Source of the DNA: Bacteriovoracaceae bacterium
Lineage (GTDB): Bacteria > Bdellovibrionota > Bacteriovoracia > Bacteriovoracales > Bacteriovoracaceae
Assembly: GCA_040399925.1 (NCBI GenBank)
Contig: JBBARF010000002.1
Location: 3,213 to 67,212 of the forward strand
Direction of reading: 5' to 3'
DNA length: 64,000 nt
Shown one piece after another: positions 55,969 to 64,000 of this stretch. Position numbers and translations under genes: made by a program. Positions within the stretch are counted from its first letter, which is position 1. Every line of letters begins with the position of its first letter. Below the pieces are notes generated by a model. It made no database searches, had not been told where the DNA came from, and saw only the letters and a list, made by a program, of their open reading frames with translations.

Positions 55969-57155
55969 ATAAAGACATTGTTTTAAGTTTCAATCAGGTT
56001 TCTAAAAAATTCTCTCGCAATTTAAAAAGATCCCTCTATTACGGAGTTAAAGATCTTTTGGGGGAAATATTCCTCAATGATTCAAAGCGAGGAGAACTTC
56101 GACCACAAGAGTTTTGGGCCCTCAAAAATATCAGTTTTGATCTTAAGAAAGGTGAGTCCATCGGTATAGTTGGCCACAATGGAGCAGGTAAAACTACGAC
56201 ACTGAAGTTAATCAACGGACTTATAAAGCCTAATACCGGTAAAATTTTTGTCAAAGGTAAGGTAGGTGCACTAATTGCATTGGGGGCTGGATTCAATCCC
56301 ATTCTTACTGGGAGAGAAAATATACGAGTTGCTGGAGCAATGCTAGGTTACACCTCGGATGAAATTAAAACTAAAGAGCAGGACATCATTGATTTTAGTG
56401 AAGTTGGTGAATTTATCGATTCTCCAGTTCAGTCATACAGCAGCGGAATGATGGCAAGACTCGGCTTCTCGGTAGCGATACATTCCGATCCTGAGATTCT
56501 TTTGGTTGATGAAGTATTATCAGTGGGTGATTTGAATTTTGTAATTAAATGCTTCAGAAAAATTTTTGAATATCAGCATAATGGGGGAGCAATGCTCCTT
56601 GTAAGTCATAACATTTACAATATAAGAGCGAATTGTTCGCGAGCCCTATGGATTGAAAAAGGTGAGCTTCAGATGTTTGGGCCTGTAAATGAAGTTTGCG
56701 ATGCTTACGAAGCAAGCGTTGCCCAGCAAAACACAGAGGGGGCTCAGGGTGAACTATTCAATGATGAAAGGGTTCATGTTAGCGATGTTAAGTATCCTCT
56801 TTTATTTGCTTCCGGAAACGATCTAGAATTATCTTTTTCTCTAAATTCAGCCGTTAAAATTCAAAAACCCATACTGATGGCTGCTGTTTTTACATTAACT
56901 GGTGTAAATATAGTTTCTTCCATTCAAGAGATGGAAAGTTTTGATATTGGACTTCATAAAATGAAACTCAAAATACCCAATTTGATAATTTCCAGTGGTT
57001 CGTATTCTCTGAATTTAGTCATTGCCGATACTCAGATTAATAACCAATTATACGCGAGCACCAACCAGAACAAGTTTACAATCACTGGTACGACTAATGA
57101 ATATGGTGCAGGCCTTTTGAAACTTGCATCATCTTGGGTCCATGAAAAGATATGA
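55965..57155 (+). CDS. wzt: Polysaccharide ABC transporter ATPase (Wzt) with C-terminal carbohydrate-binding domain
   Basis: EFWALK, GHNGAGKTT, YSSGM..RLGF, DEVLSVGD, VSH; about 140-aa Wzt_C extension. Confidence 0.93.
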   Translation: MNKDIVLSFNQVSKKFSRNLKRSLYYGVKDLLGEIFLNDSKRGELRPQEFWALKNISFDLKKGESIGIVGHNGAGKTTTLKLINGLIKPNTGKIFVKGKVGALIALGAGFNPILTGRENIRVAGAMLGYTSDEIKTKEQDIIDFSEVGEFIDSPVQSYSSGMMARLGFSVAIHSDPEILLVDEVLSVGDLNFVIKCFRKIFEYQHNGGAMLLVSHNIYNIRANCSRALWIEKGELQMFGPVNEVCDAYEASVAQQNTEGAQGELFNDERVHVSDVKYPLLFASGNDLELSFSLNSAVKIQKPILMAAVFTLTGVNIVSSIQEMESFDIGLHKMKLKIPNLIISSGSYSLNLVIADTQINNQLYASTNQNKFTITGTTNEYGAGLLKLASSWVHEKI

Positions 57156-57850
57156 TCTTAGCTGCTCATCAACCCAATTTTTTCCCTTGGCTAGGTTACT
57201 TTAACAAAATACATCGCTCCGATGTTTTTGTTCTTCTAGATGACGTTCAAATGGTAAAAACTGGTTCTACTTGGTTCAATCGAACCTATTTACTAATCAA
57301 TAAAGAAGCCAGATTCATCACCGTTCCAGTGGCCAGGCCTTCCGGTACAGTCTCCATCAAAGACTCCCTCGTTTTAGACTTCAAATGGAAGAAGCGAGTC
57401 TTATCTTCATTGGAATCTTCTTACGGACGTCATCCTTATTTCAAAAATTATATTCCCGATATTTCCCTGTTAGTTGAGAATAGTTCGGAAAGCCTCTGCT
57501 CCTTTAACTTAAACGCGATATATCATTTTATTGATTTATTTGAGATGGATAAATCCAAGCTCGTTCTCTCATCAACCCTAAATGTGCAATCGTCTTCGAC
57601 TCGGCGCCTAATTGATTTAACGAAAGCGACTGGTTGTGATTCCTACCTTGAAGGTGGGGGTGCTACAGGATACCAGGAAGATAGTCTGTTCCAGGCCGAA
57701 GGTGTATCTCTGGTTAAGCAAAACTTCGTCCATCCTAAGTATCCTCAGAAGGGATCAGACCAATTCGTAATGGGTTTGAGTGTCCTGGATGCCCTTTTTA
57801 ATTGTGGTATAGACGAGACGAAGAAACTTATAATGGCTGGCGTTCTATAA
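57152..57850 (+). CDS. WbqC-family protein
   Basis: HQPNFFPWLGYF.KI...DVFV.LDDVQ, YL.G.GA..Y, LSVLDALFN.G. Confidence 0.88.
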   Translation: MILAAHQPNFFPWLGYFNKIHRSDVFVLLDDVQMVKTGSTWFNRTYLLINKEARFITVPVARPSGTVSIKDSLVLDFKWKKRVLSSLESSYGRHPYFKNYIPDISLLVENSSESLCSFNLNAIYHFIDLFEMDKSKLVLSSTLNVQSSSTRRLIDLTKATGCDSYLEGGGATGYQEDSLFQAEGVSLVKQNFVHPKYPQKGSDQFVMGLSVLDALFNCGIDETKKLIMAGVL

Positions 57851-57863
57851 TAGGAGTTCTAAA

Positions 57864-58874
57864 GTGGATTTGAAAGGTAAGCGGTTCTTGGTCATTGGCG
57901 GTGCAGGTTTCATTGGCTCGCATGTCGTAGATCAATTGCTCAAGGAAGATGTGGCTGAAGTTGTTATCTACGACAATTTTTTTCGTGGTCGCATGGATAA
58001 TATCGAAACGGCTTTGATGGATCCGAGATGTACTGTTTTTCCACATGGTGGAGATATTCTCTATCCGGATATCTTATCTAAAGCAATGGAAGGAATGGAT
58101 GGTGTATTCCACCTCGCTGCTCTTTGGATTCTTCAATGTCATGAGTATCCGAGAACTGCATTTGAAGTAAATGTCCAAGGGACTTTCAATGTTGTAGAAG
58201 CTGCGATTAAGAATAATATTAAGAAAGTTGTTTATTCTTCAAGCGCATCTGTTTACGGCAATGCTCTTGAACTTCCCATGACCGAAGATCATCCATACAA
58301 CAACTTCACTTTTTATGGTGCAAGTAAGATTGCGGGGGAGCATTTTTTCAAGTCTATGGCTGATCGTTATAAGTTTGATTGGGTAGGTCTTCGTTACATG
58401 AATGTTTATGGCCCCCGTCAAGATTATACAGGAGCATACACAGCAGTAATGCATAAAATCTTGGATAAAATTGATTCAGGTGAAAAGCCTCAAGTTTATG
58501 GAGATGGAAGCCAGCAATACGATTTTATCGATGTGGATGATATCGCTCGCTGTAATATTCTTGCTATGAAATCTTCAGCAACAGGTGAGTGTTACAACGT
58601 GGGTAGAGGAATTGGAACCTCCATCAAAGAATTATCTGAAATGCTCCTAAAGATTACTAATTGTAAAACTGGTATTGAATTCCTACCTCAAGGTTTAACT
58701 TTTGTTACAAACCGTGTTGGCTGTCCAGTCAAAGCTAAAAAAGACTTAGGATTCGATTGGACAATTGATTTAGAGAAAGGCATGCAGAGATTAGTGGACT
58801 GGCGAAAATCGGACAAGTCAGCGATTGATTCAAGAAGAAAACAAGTGAAAGGTGTTGGTCACGATAATAGATAG
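57864..58874 (+). CDS. NAD-dependent epimerase/dehydratase (extended SDR)
   Basis: [35 protein letters not shown]. Confidence 0.9.
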   Translation: MDLKGKRFLVIGGAGFIGSHVVDQLLKEDVAEVVIYDNFFRGRMDNIETALMDPRCTVFPHGGDILYPDILSKAMEGMDGVFHLAALWILQCHEYPRTAFEVNVQGTFNVVEAAIKNNIKKVVYSSSASVYGNALELPMTEDHPYNNFTFYGASKIAGEHFFKSMADRYKFDWVGLRYMNVYGPRQDYTGAYTAVMHKILDKIDSGEKPQVYGDGSQQYDFIDVDDIARCNILAMKSSATGECYNVGRGIGTSIKELSEMLLKITNCKTGIEFLPQGLTFVTNRVGCPVKAKKDLGFDWTIDLEKGMQRLVDWRKSDKSAIDSRRKQVKGVGHDNR

Positions 58875-58883
58875 AGTAAAGAC

Positions 58884-60755
58884 ATGTGCGGAATTATCGG
58901 AATTATAAATCAGAAAGAAAAATCAGTTTCGCATGAAAATGTGGAAGGGATGCTTAATACTATCTCCCATCGTGGACCTGATGGGCGCGGTATTTTTCTA
59001 GATAGAAACATTGGTTTAGGTCATAATCGGTTATCGATTATTGATTTAGCGAAGGTTTCCAATCAACCTATGGTTTCAAATGATGGTCGTTTTACGATTA
59101 GTTACAATGGTGAAATTTACAACTACCGTGAGCTTCGAAAACTTCTCGAACTTGAAGGATTTGTTTTCAAAACCAATTCCGACACTGAAGTACTGTTGTA
59201 TTCGTTCATTAAGTGGAAAGAGAAGTGCCTACATAAATTCAACGGTATGTTCGCATTTCTTATCTGGGATAAAGTTGAGCAGCAAATGTTTGTTGCTCGT
59301 GACAGATATGGTATCAAACCTCTTTATTACACTAATCAAAATAGCAGTCTATATTTTGCCTCTGAGAATAAAGCATTTGATGCAATATCGGGCTTCAAAC
59401 GAGAAGTAGATAAGTCGTCACTCGTTGAATACATGACTTTTCAGAATTTTTTCAGAAAAGAAACTTTATTTAAAAATGTTTTTATCTTTCCGGCCGGGCA
59501 CTTCGCCTTCATCAAAGATCCATCTGCATCGTTGAAGCTTTTTCAGTTTTGGGATTTCTCATTCAAGAGTGATCCGGTTGATAAACAGCTGACTGAAGGG
59601 GAATATCTCGAAGAATTGGATTCGCTGGTTAAAAATGCAGTTAATCGCCAATTAGTTTCAGATGTGGAAATAGGATCTTACTTAAGTGGTGGGATGGACT
59701 CTGGTTCAATCACGGCAATTGCAGCCAAGGAATTGCCCTACATTAAGACTTTCACTGTAGGATTCGATCTAAGTTCTGCATCTGGTGTTGAGCTGGCGTA
59801 TGACGAACGTGAGAAAGCGGAAAGAATGTCGTATCTCTTCAAAACAGAGCATTATGAAATGGTTCTGAAGTCCGGAGATATGGAACGATGTTTACCAAGG
59901 GTTGCTTACCATCTTGATGAGCCAAGGGTTGGGCAAAGCTATCCCAACTTCTATGCTGCTAAACTAGCAAGCAAGTTTACAAAAGTCGTACTTTCAGGGT
60001 GTGGAGGAGATGAGATTTTTGCTGGCTATCCGTGGAGATATTACCACGGACAAAATAATCTAAATTTCGATCAATACATCGATGCATATTATGCTTATTG
60101 GCAGAGACTTGTTCCCAATAGTGAGATGAGAGAATTCTTTGATCCAATTTGGACTGATGTTAAACAAGTTGATACAAAAGAAATTTTCCGTTTTGTTTTC
60201 AATAATCAATCACCTTCTATAAAGAGCAATGAGGATTTGATTAATTCTTCCCTTTATTTTGAAGCTAAAACTTTTCTTCATGGTCTTTTGGTTGTTGAAG
60301 ATAAGCTAAGTATGGCCCATTCATTGGAAACCAGAGTGCCGCTGTTGGACAATGATCTAGTGGATTTTGGAATGAAGTTGCCACTAAGATTCAAGCTGAA
60401 TAATTTGGATAAACAACACAAAATCAATGAGAATGAGGTTTCTGAAAAATTCTCACAAATCCAAAGAACATCAGATGGGAAAATGTTATTCCGAAAACTA
60501 ATGAAAAAGTATATTCCAGAGGAAGTTGCCAATAGAGAGAAACAGGGGTTTTCAGCTCCTGATGCAAGTTGGTTTAAAGGTGAGAGCATCGACTTCACAA
60601 AGAAAATTTTATTAGAGAACGATTCTCCGATTTATAATTATTTATCAAAAAAGAAAGTTGAATCTGCCCTGGAAAATCACATTAATGGAAGAGAAAATAA
60701 ACGTCTACTTATCTGGTCATTACTGAATCTGCATATGATCTTAAGTAAGAACTAA
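58884..60755 (+). CDS. asnB: Asparagine-synthase-type amidotransferase, copy 3
   Basis: MCGIIG, HRGPD, SGGMDSG, GCGGDE, EDKLSMAHSLETRVP. Confidence 0.9.
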   Translation: MCGIIGIINQKEKSVSHENVEGMLNTISHRGPDGRGIFLDRNIGLGHNRLSIIDLAKVSNQPMVSNDGRFTISYNGEIYNYRELRKLLELEGFVFKTNSDTEVLLYSFIKWKEKCLHKFNGMFAFLIWDKVEQQMFVARDRYGIKPLYYTNQNSSLYFASENKAFDAISGFKREVDKSSLVEYMTFQNFFRKETLFKNVFIFPAGHFAFIKDPSASLKLFQFWDFSFKSDPVDKQLTEGEYLEELDSLVKNAVNRQLVSDVEIGSYLSGGMDSGSITAIAAKELPYIKTFTVGFDLSSASGVELAYDEREKAERMSYLFKTEHYEMVLKSGDMERCLPRVAYHLDEPRVGQSYPNFYAAKLASKFTKVVLSGCGGDEIFAGYPWRYYHGQNNLNFDQYIDAYYAYWQRLVPNSEMREFFDPIWTDVKQVDTKEIFRFVFNNQSPSIKSNEDLINSSLYFEAKTFLHGLLVVEDKLSMAHSLETRVPLLDNDLVDFGMKLPLRFKLNNLDKQHKINENEVSEKFSQIQRTSDGKMLFRKLMKKYIPEEVANREKQGFSAPDASWFKGESIDFTKKILLENDSPIYNYLSKKKVESALENHINGRENKRLLIWSLLNLHMILSKN

Positions 60756-61510
60756 AAGAATTTCCGGTTATATTTTTCACATACATTTTTGTACCAGTTC
60801 GTAAAATGTTCATCTGAAGAGGTTAAGGCGTTTTTAAGTCTTGTCTTAGGTGTACCAGGTTTGTGATCCCACCATACTGGATGCGTGAGGAGGTAAATGT
60901 TTTCATCACAGTTTTTATCCATAAAAGACTTCAATGTTTCGTGTCTCCAGTAACCATTACTATCCGAAAGATACTTAAATTTGTTGAAAAGAGTTTCACT
61001 GTAATAATTTGATAATCCGAGGTAGCTATCAGATTTATTCTCAAGGATTTTTGGATTGGGCATATGGTAAGAGAAGCACTCAGGAGTAGTGTTTGTGAAT
61101 TTTTCGAAGAATAGAATTTCCTTTTCTAATGCTCCTTGAACTTCACTTTCACTCGTTAGCTCCTTCGAGGTTAAATGAATTCCTATTGAGTGCCCGAGTT
61201 TTTTGAGCGTCGAGATTAACTCCAAGCCTTCATCTGAAATTAAGTTATATTTGTCGGCGTTCGATAGAAAAAAGTAAGTTGCCTGAATATCCAGAGACTT
61301 TTCAAGTGTGGCCATCTCTAGAACAGGATTAAGAAGAAAATCTACATCATGACGAATGATTGAAAAATGGGATTCTTTGTTAAGGCTTGAAAAATCAATT
61401 TTTCCGGCAAGGAATGCTGGATTACGCGCCTTGATAATATTTAGCGCTGCTTTGTAGTTTTCGTAGATCAATGCCTCATCCATTGAATTCAATAAATTTT
61501 TGCAATCCAT
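60752..61510 (-). CDS. Polysaccharide-deacetylase-like protein (WbmS-type)
   Basis: IIRHDVD, ATYFF, GHSIGIH, FSYHMP, LLTHPVWW. Confidence 0.7.
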   Translation of the reverse strand: MDCKNLLNSMDEALIYENYKAALNIIKARNPAFLAGKIDFSSLNKESHFSIIRHDVDFLLNPVLEMATLEKSLDIQATYFFLSNADKYNLISDEGLELISTLKKLGHSIGIHLTSKELTSESEVQGALEKEILFFEKFTNTTPECFSYHMPNPKILENKSDSYLGLSNYYSETLFNKFKYLSDSNGYWRHETLKSFMDKNCDENIYLLTHPVWWDHKPGTPKTRLKNALTSSDEHFTNWYKNVCEKYNRKFF

Positions 61511-62339
61511 TTTCTAGCCTGGTTTTAAATTTAAAATTTATCTCATTAACTAATTTCGTGGGTCTAGCGATCATATCGTATTTATTTGCATCTAATGATT
61601 CCTGAATTATTAGATCTTTTTTTGATATTTTTGAAATCATATCAATAACTTTCCTGAAATTGACTACTTCATCTCCTCCGAGGTTAAACGTTCCCTGAGG
61701 TGCTTGCTTCAAAGACTCAATCAGAGCGAAACAAATATCATCTAAGTATATGGGATTGAAACTAAAGTCTTTACCAGGGTAGATCTTGATCGGCTGATCG
61801 TTTTGGATTTGTTTTACAATCCTTGAGAAAAATTTATCTCCCAGGTTTGGTCCGTAGGGGTTAAATAATCTAAGGATCGTCGTTTTAAAAAATTTCGAAT
61901 ACAAGTTGATTAGATTTTCAGACGTAAGTTTGCTGAACGAATAATAATCTGAAACCTGTGTAGAACTTTCCTCGGTGATAGGGGATTTAGAAAGATCATA
62001 GACGGATCCACTTGAAACATAAAGAAAGTGTTTGACCTGGTTTTTGAGTGCTAGATCTAAAAGTTGCTGGGTCAATAGAATGTTACAATCAAAAATGGAT
62101 CTGGCCTGCTTAGGGAAGTCTCTATAGTTTCTTTCCTGGGCCAGGTGGATTATGGAGTCAAATTGATCCTGGAATTCATTGAATGATTGTGATGAGATGA
62201 TTGTATATGGGGTTCTTAGTTCATATGAAGCTTTGGAGTTAGCCAGTATATAAAAATGCGTAGACAGTCCCAGCTCATCTAGGAGCTGAAGTAATCGAGA
62301 ACCAATGAATCCTGAACCACCTGTAATTAGAATCTTCAT
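61476..62339 (-). CDS. NAD-dependent epimerase/dehydratase (extended SDR)
   Basis: MKILITGGSGFIG, SSGSVY, YSFSK, LRLFNPYGP. Confidence 0.88.
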   Translation of the reverse strand: MKILITGGSGFIGSRLLQLLDELGLSTHFYILANSKASYELRTPYTIISSQSFNEFQDQFDSIIHLAQERNYRDFPKQARSIFDCNILLTQQLLDLALKNQVKHFLYVSSGSVYDLSKSPITEESSTQVSDYYSFSKLTSENLINLYSKFFKTTILRLFNPYGPNLGDKFFSRIVKQIQNDQPIKIYPGKDFSFNPIYLDDICFALIESLKQAPQGTFNLGGDEVVNFRKVIDMISKISKKDLIIQESLDANKYDMIARPTKLVNEINFKFKTRLENGLQKFIEFNG

Positions 62340-63118
62340 TAACTGTCTTTCACAGCACACAGATAAAGGGATTCTCGATGATCGTTATCTTTCCAAACGT
62401 CTTTGAACAGATATGAGATTTTGAAATTTTCCAGAACTGTCATTAACTGGTTTTCACGGAAATGATGAAAATGATTAGTGTCGTTAAATAATTCCGCTCT
62501 TTTTGTCCAAATTAGTGATGAGAATAATAATTTTCCACCGGGTTTTAATACACGGTAAGCCTCATCTATAGCCTTGTGATAATCTAAAACATGATCCAAG
62601 CTCGACATCATAAGCACGTTGTCAAAAGTACTATCCTTGAAAGGTAATAGTTCAGCTATTCCAATCACTCGAAATTCATCAGTAATAGTGAAAGAAGGAT
62701 CGAGTCCAACATAACTAATATCTTTCGAATGAAGATTGATATTGATACTTGGAGTGTCACAGCCAATATCTAAAAGCAGCCCATCATTGCAATGGCCGTA
62801 TAGCCTCTTGCAGTTATCCATATGTCTTTTGTACCAATAATCATTATGGTCACTATTAATAGTGGGATGATTCTGCTTGATTGAACTAATAAGGAAATAT
62901 TGAACGAATTTTTCGAGTGCTTGATCCATCGGTATTTCAATGCGCCCATTTTTTATGAAAGGCTGCAGTTTAGCGGGTAGAAGAATAGGCAGTTCTTTAA
63001 TTAACGGATATTTGTTTTCTCCATCAGTGAGTTCATTCATACCAATAGTGAGGTTCCTGTCGCAATCGGGTGATTTCAGTGTTTCAGCAAAGTCTTTTAG
63101 TCTTAATATTTTTTTCAC
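62339..63118 (-). CDS. Class I SAM-dependent methyltransferase with Trm112-like N-terminus
   Basis: LKSPD...YPLIKELPILL; LLDIGC; GLDPS; AELLPFKDSTFD; RVLKPGG. Confidence 0.85.
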   Translation of the reverse strand: MKKILRLKDFAETLKSPDCDRNLTIGMNELTDGENKYPLIKELPILLPAKLQPFIKNGRIEIPMDQALEKFVQYFLISSIKQNHPTINSDHNDYWYKRHMDNCKRLYGHCNDGLLLDIGCDTPSININLHSKDISYVGLDPSFTITDEFRVIGIAELLPFKDSTFDNVLMMSSLDHVLDYHKAIDEAYRVLKPGGKLLFSSLIWTKRAELFNDTNHFHHFRENQLMTVLENFKISYLFKDVWKDNDHRESLYLCAVKDS

Positions 63119-63148
63119 GTATTTCCCTTCAAAAATTTATAGTAAATT

Positions 63149-64000
63149 TTATCTTTTAATTCCAAGCTGCGCAAAGCGATTATTGTAAAGTCGAAGCATG
63201 AGATAAGCTATACAGCTTCCTGTCTTAACGCGGAGGCTTTGTAGGACCGTCATTCTACCATTTGGAGCAAAATCCCACTTATTGAAAAAGGTTTTTATAA
63301 AGTGCGAATAGCTTAAGCTGGGATTATTTATTACATCATTTCTAAAATTTGTAATAACCTCCTGAACATAAGCTTCATTTTTGATGAGCTCTTTTACTTC
63401 ATCTAAATTGTCTAATTCTACTGATACAGGGATGTAATGTTTGTACTTGGTTAAAATATTTGAATAATTTCCCTCTACAAGGATCTGGCAGCAGTTGAAC
63501 ATTCCTGCTTCAAATATTCTTGGCGAAATGACTTCTAGTTTATAATCTTGAGAGATGTTCTTGGCCTCAAATAATTGTGTAAGCTCAGCAATATCATAGT
63601 TCTGTTTTTTGGCCAGAAGTGAAGATATGGATCCATCAACATCTAATACATTGGAACCTGAGGGAACACCAAGGGTGAAGCGCGATCTGGCCAAAAGTTC
63701 AAACCAGCTATTGCCCGTTAAAAAACCACTACCTACTTGGATATCTGAATTTGGAATATTCAATCTATTTCCGAAATCTGCAATTCTATACTTAAGCCAA
63801 CCCACTTTCCCGAGGACCGCCATTTGTGGTCCCGGGTATGCAGTACGATAAGAAATTCCAATGTCCTTGGATTTTCGAGCCAAAATGTCATTGGCTTCTT
63901 TAACATCATCATCTGAAATGTAACCTGTAAGATACAAAGTCATGTTTTCTTTTAAAACATCAGGGTAGATTTTGTTCCATTCATTTTCAGGTACGACAGT
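63149..64000 (-). CDS. GT-B-like protein, partial (continues past the window), paralog of the C-terminal half of 49391-51769
   Basis: Frame open to the window edge; shares VVPE..YP..LTGY, GSNV.D.DG, ISPRIFE, GNYS and NLDEV motifs. Confidence 0.75.
   Translation of the reverse strand, partial: TVVPENEWNKIYPDVLKENMTLYLTGYISDDDVKEANDILARKSKDIGISYRTAYPGPQMAVLGKVGWLKYRIADFGNRLNIPNSDIQVGSGFLTGNSWFELLARSRFTLGVPSGSNVLDVDGSISSLLAKKQNYDIAELTQLFEAKNISQDYKLEVISPRIFEAGMFNCCQILVEGNYSNILTKYKHYIPVSVELDNLDEVKELIKNEAYVQEVITNFRNDVINNPSLSYSHFIKTFFNKWDFAPNGRMTVLQSLRVKTGSCIAYLMLRLYNNRFAQLGIKR

Noticed and set aside
314-63851. The many 60-130 aa antisense or nested ORFs in the track (e.g. 2424-2615, 8439-8720, 21718-22101, 32377-32751, 39282-39653, 59080-59409)
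   Set aside because: They are shadows of longer, well-supported genes and have no recognisable motifs or RBS.
1-64000. CRISPR arrays, tRNA and rRNA genes
   Set aside because: No regularly spaced repeats or structured-RNA signatures were seen; intergenic regions are mostly too short.

Overview
Bacterial chromosomal window. Its gene content suggests Bdellovibrionota (Bacteriovoracia-like); this is an inference, as there is no rRNA marker. It has three parts. (1) 1-12.2 kb: an envelope-spanning gene set comprising a 1750-aa surface lipoprotein with about 8 disulfide-bonded Ig-like repeats, two outer-membrane beta-barrel proteins, a PEGA-TPR protein, a single gene that appears to fuse a minimal FliF (ring motif + TM + C-tail) to a complete FliG, a degenerate histidine-kinase-like membrane protein and a 5'-truncated motB. 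No other flagellar, export-gate or C-ring gene is present, so this is the best candidate for an undescribed, non-flagellar MotAB/FliG-type rotary machine. The motB remnant abuts a 3'-truncated GT4 gene, marking a deletion or assembly junction at about 12180. (2) 13.1-18.4 kb: a low-GC toxin-antitoxin hot spot (orphan HTH antidote, nonsense-inactivated DUF6516/TumE-like toxin + HVO_A0114-like partner, pRiA4b ORF3, decayed AAA ATPase, BrnT/BrnA, DUF4258 + MqsA-like HTH) with readable promoters, operators and a 47-bp direct repeat. (3) 18.4-64 kb: a large mosaic surface-glycan region. It contains a CDP-3,6-dideoxyhexose + ThDP carboligase (CDG motif) + DmpFG module predicted to make an erwiniose/yersiniose-type branched sugar, with GtrB-like and GT-C-like transferases; an rml/fdt/wzx module; and a Bordetella wlb/wbm-like 2,3-diacetamido-uronic acid pathway with three AsnB-type amidotransferases, Wzm/Wzt, tailoring enzymes and an LhgO-like oxidase that may recycle the WbpB by-product. 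No rRNA, tRNA, CRISPR, integrase or transposase was recognised. Family calls are from motif recognition by eye, not database searches.
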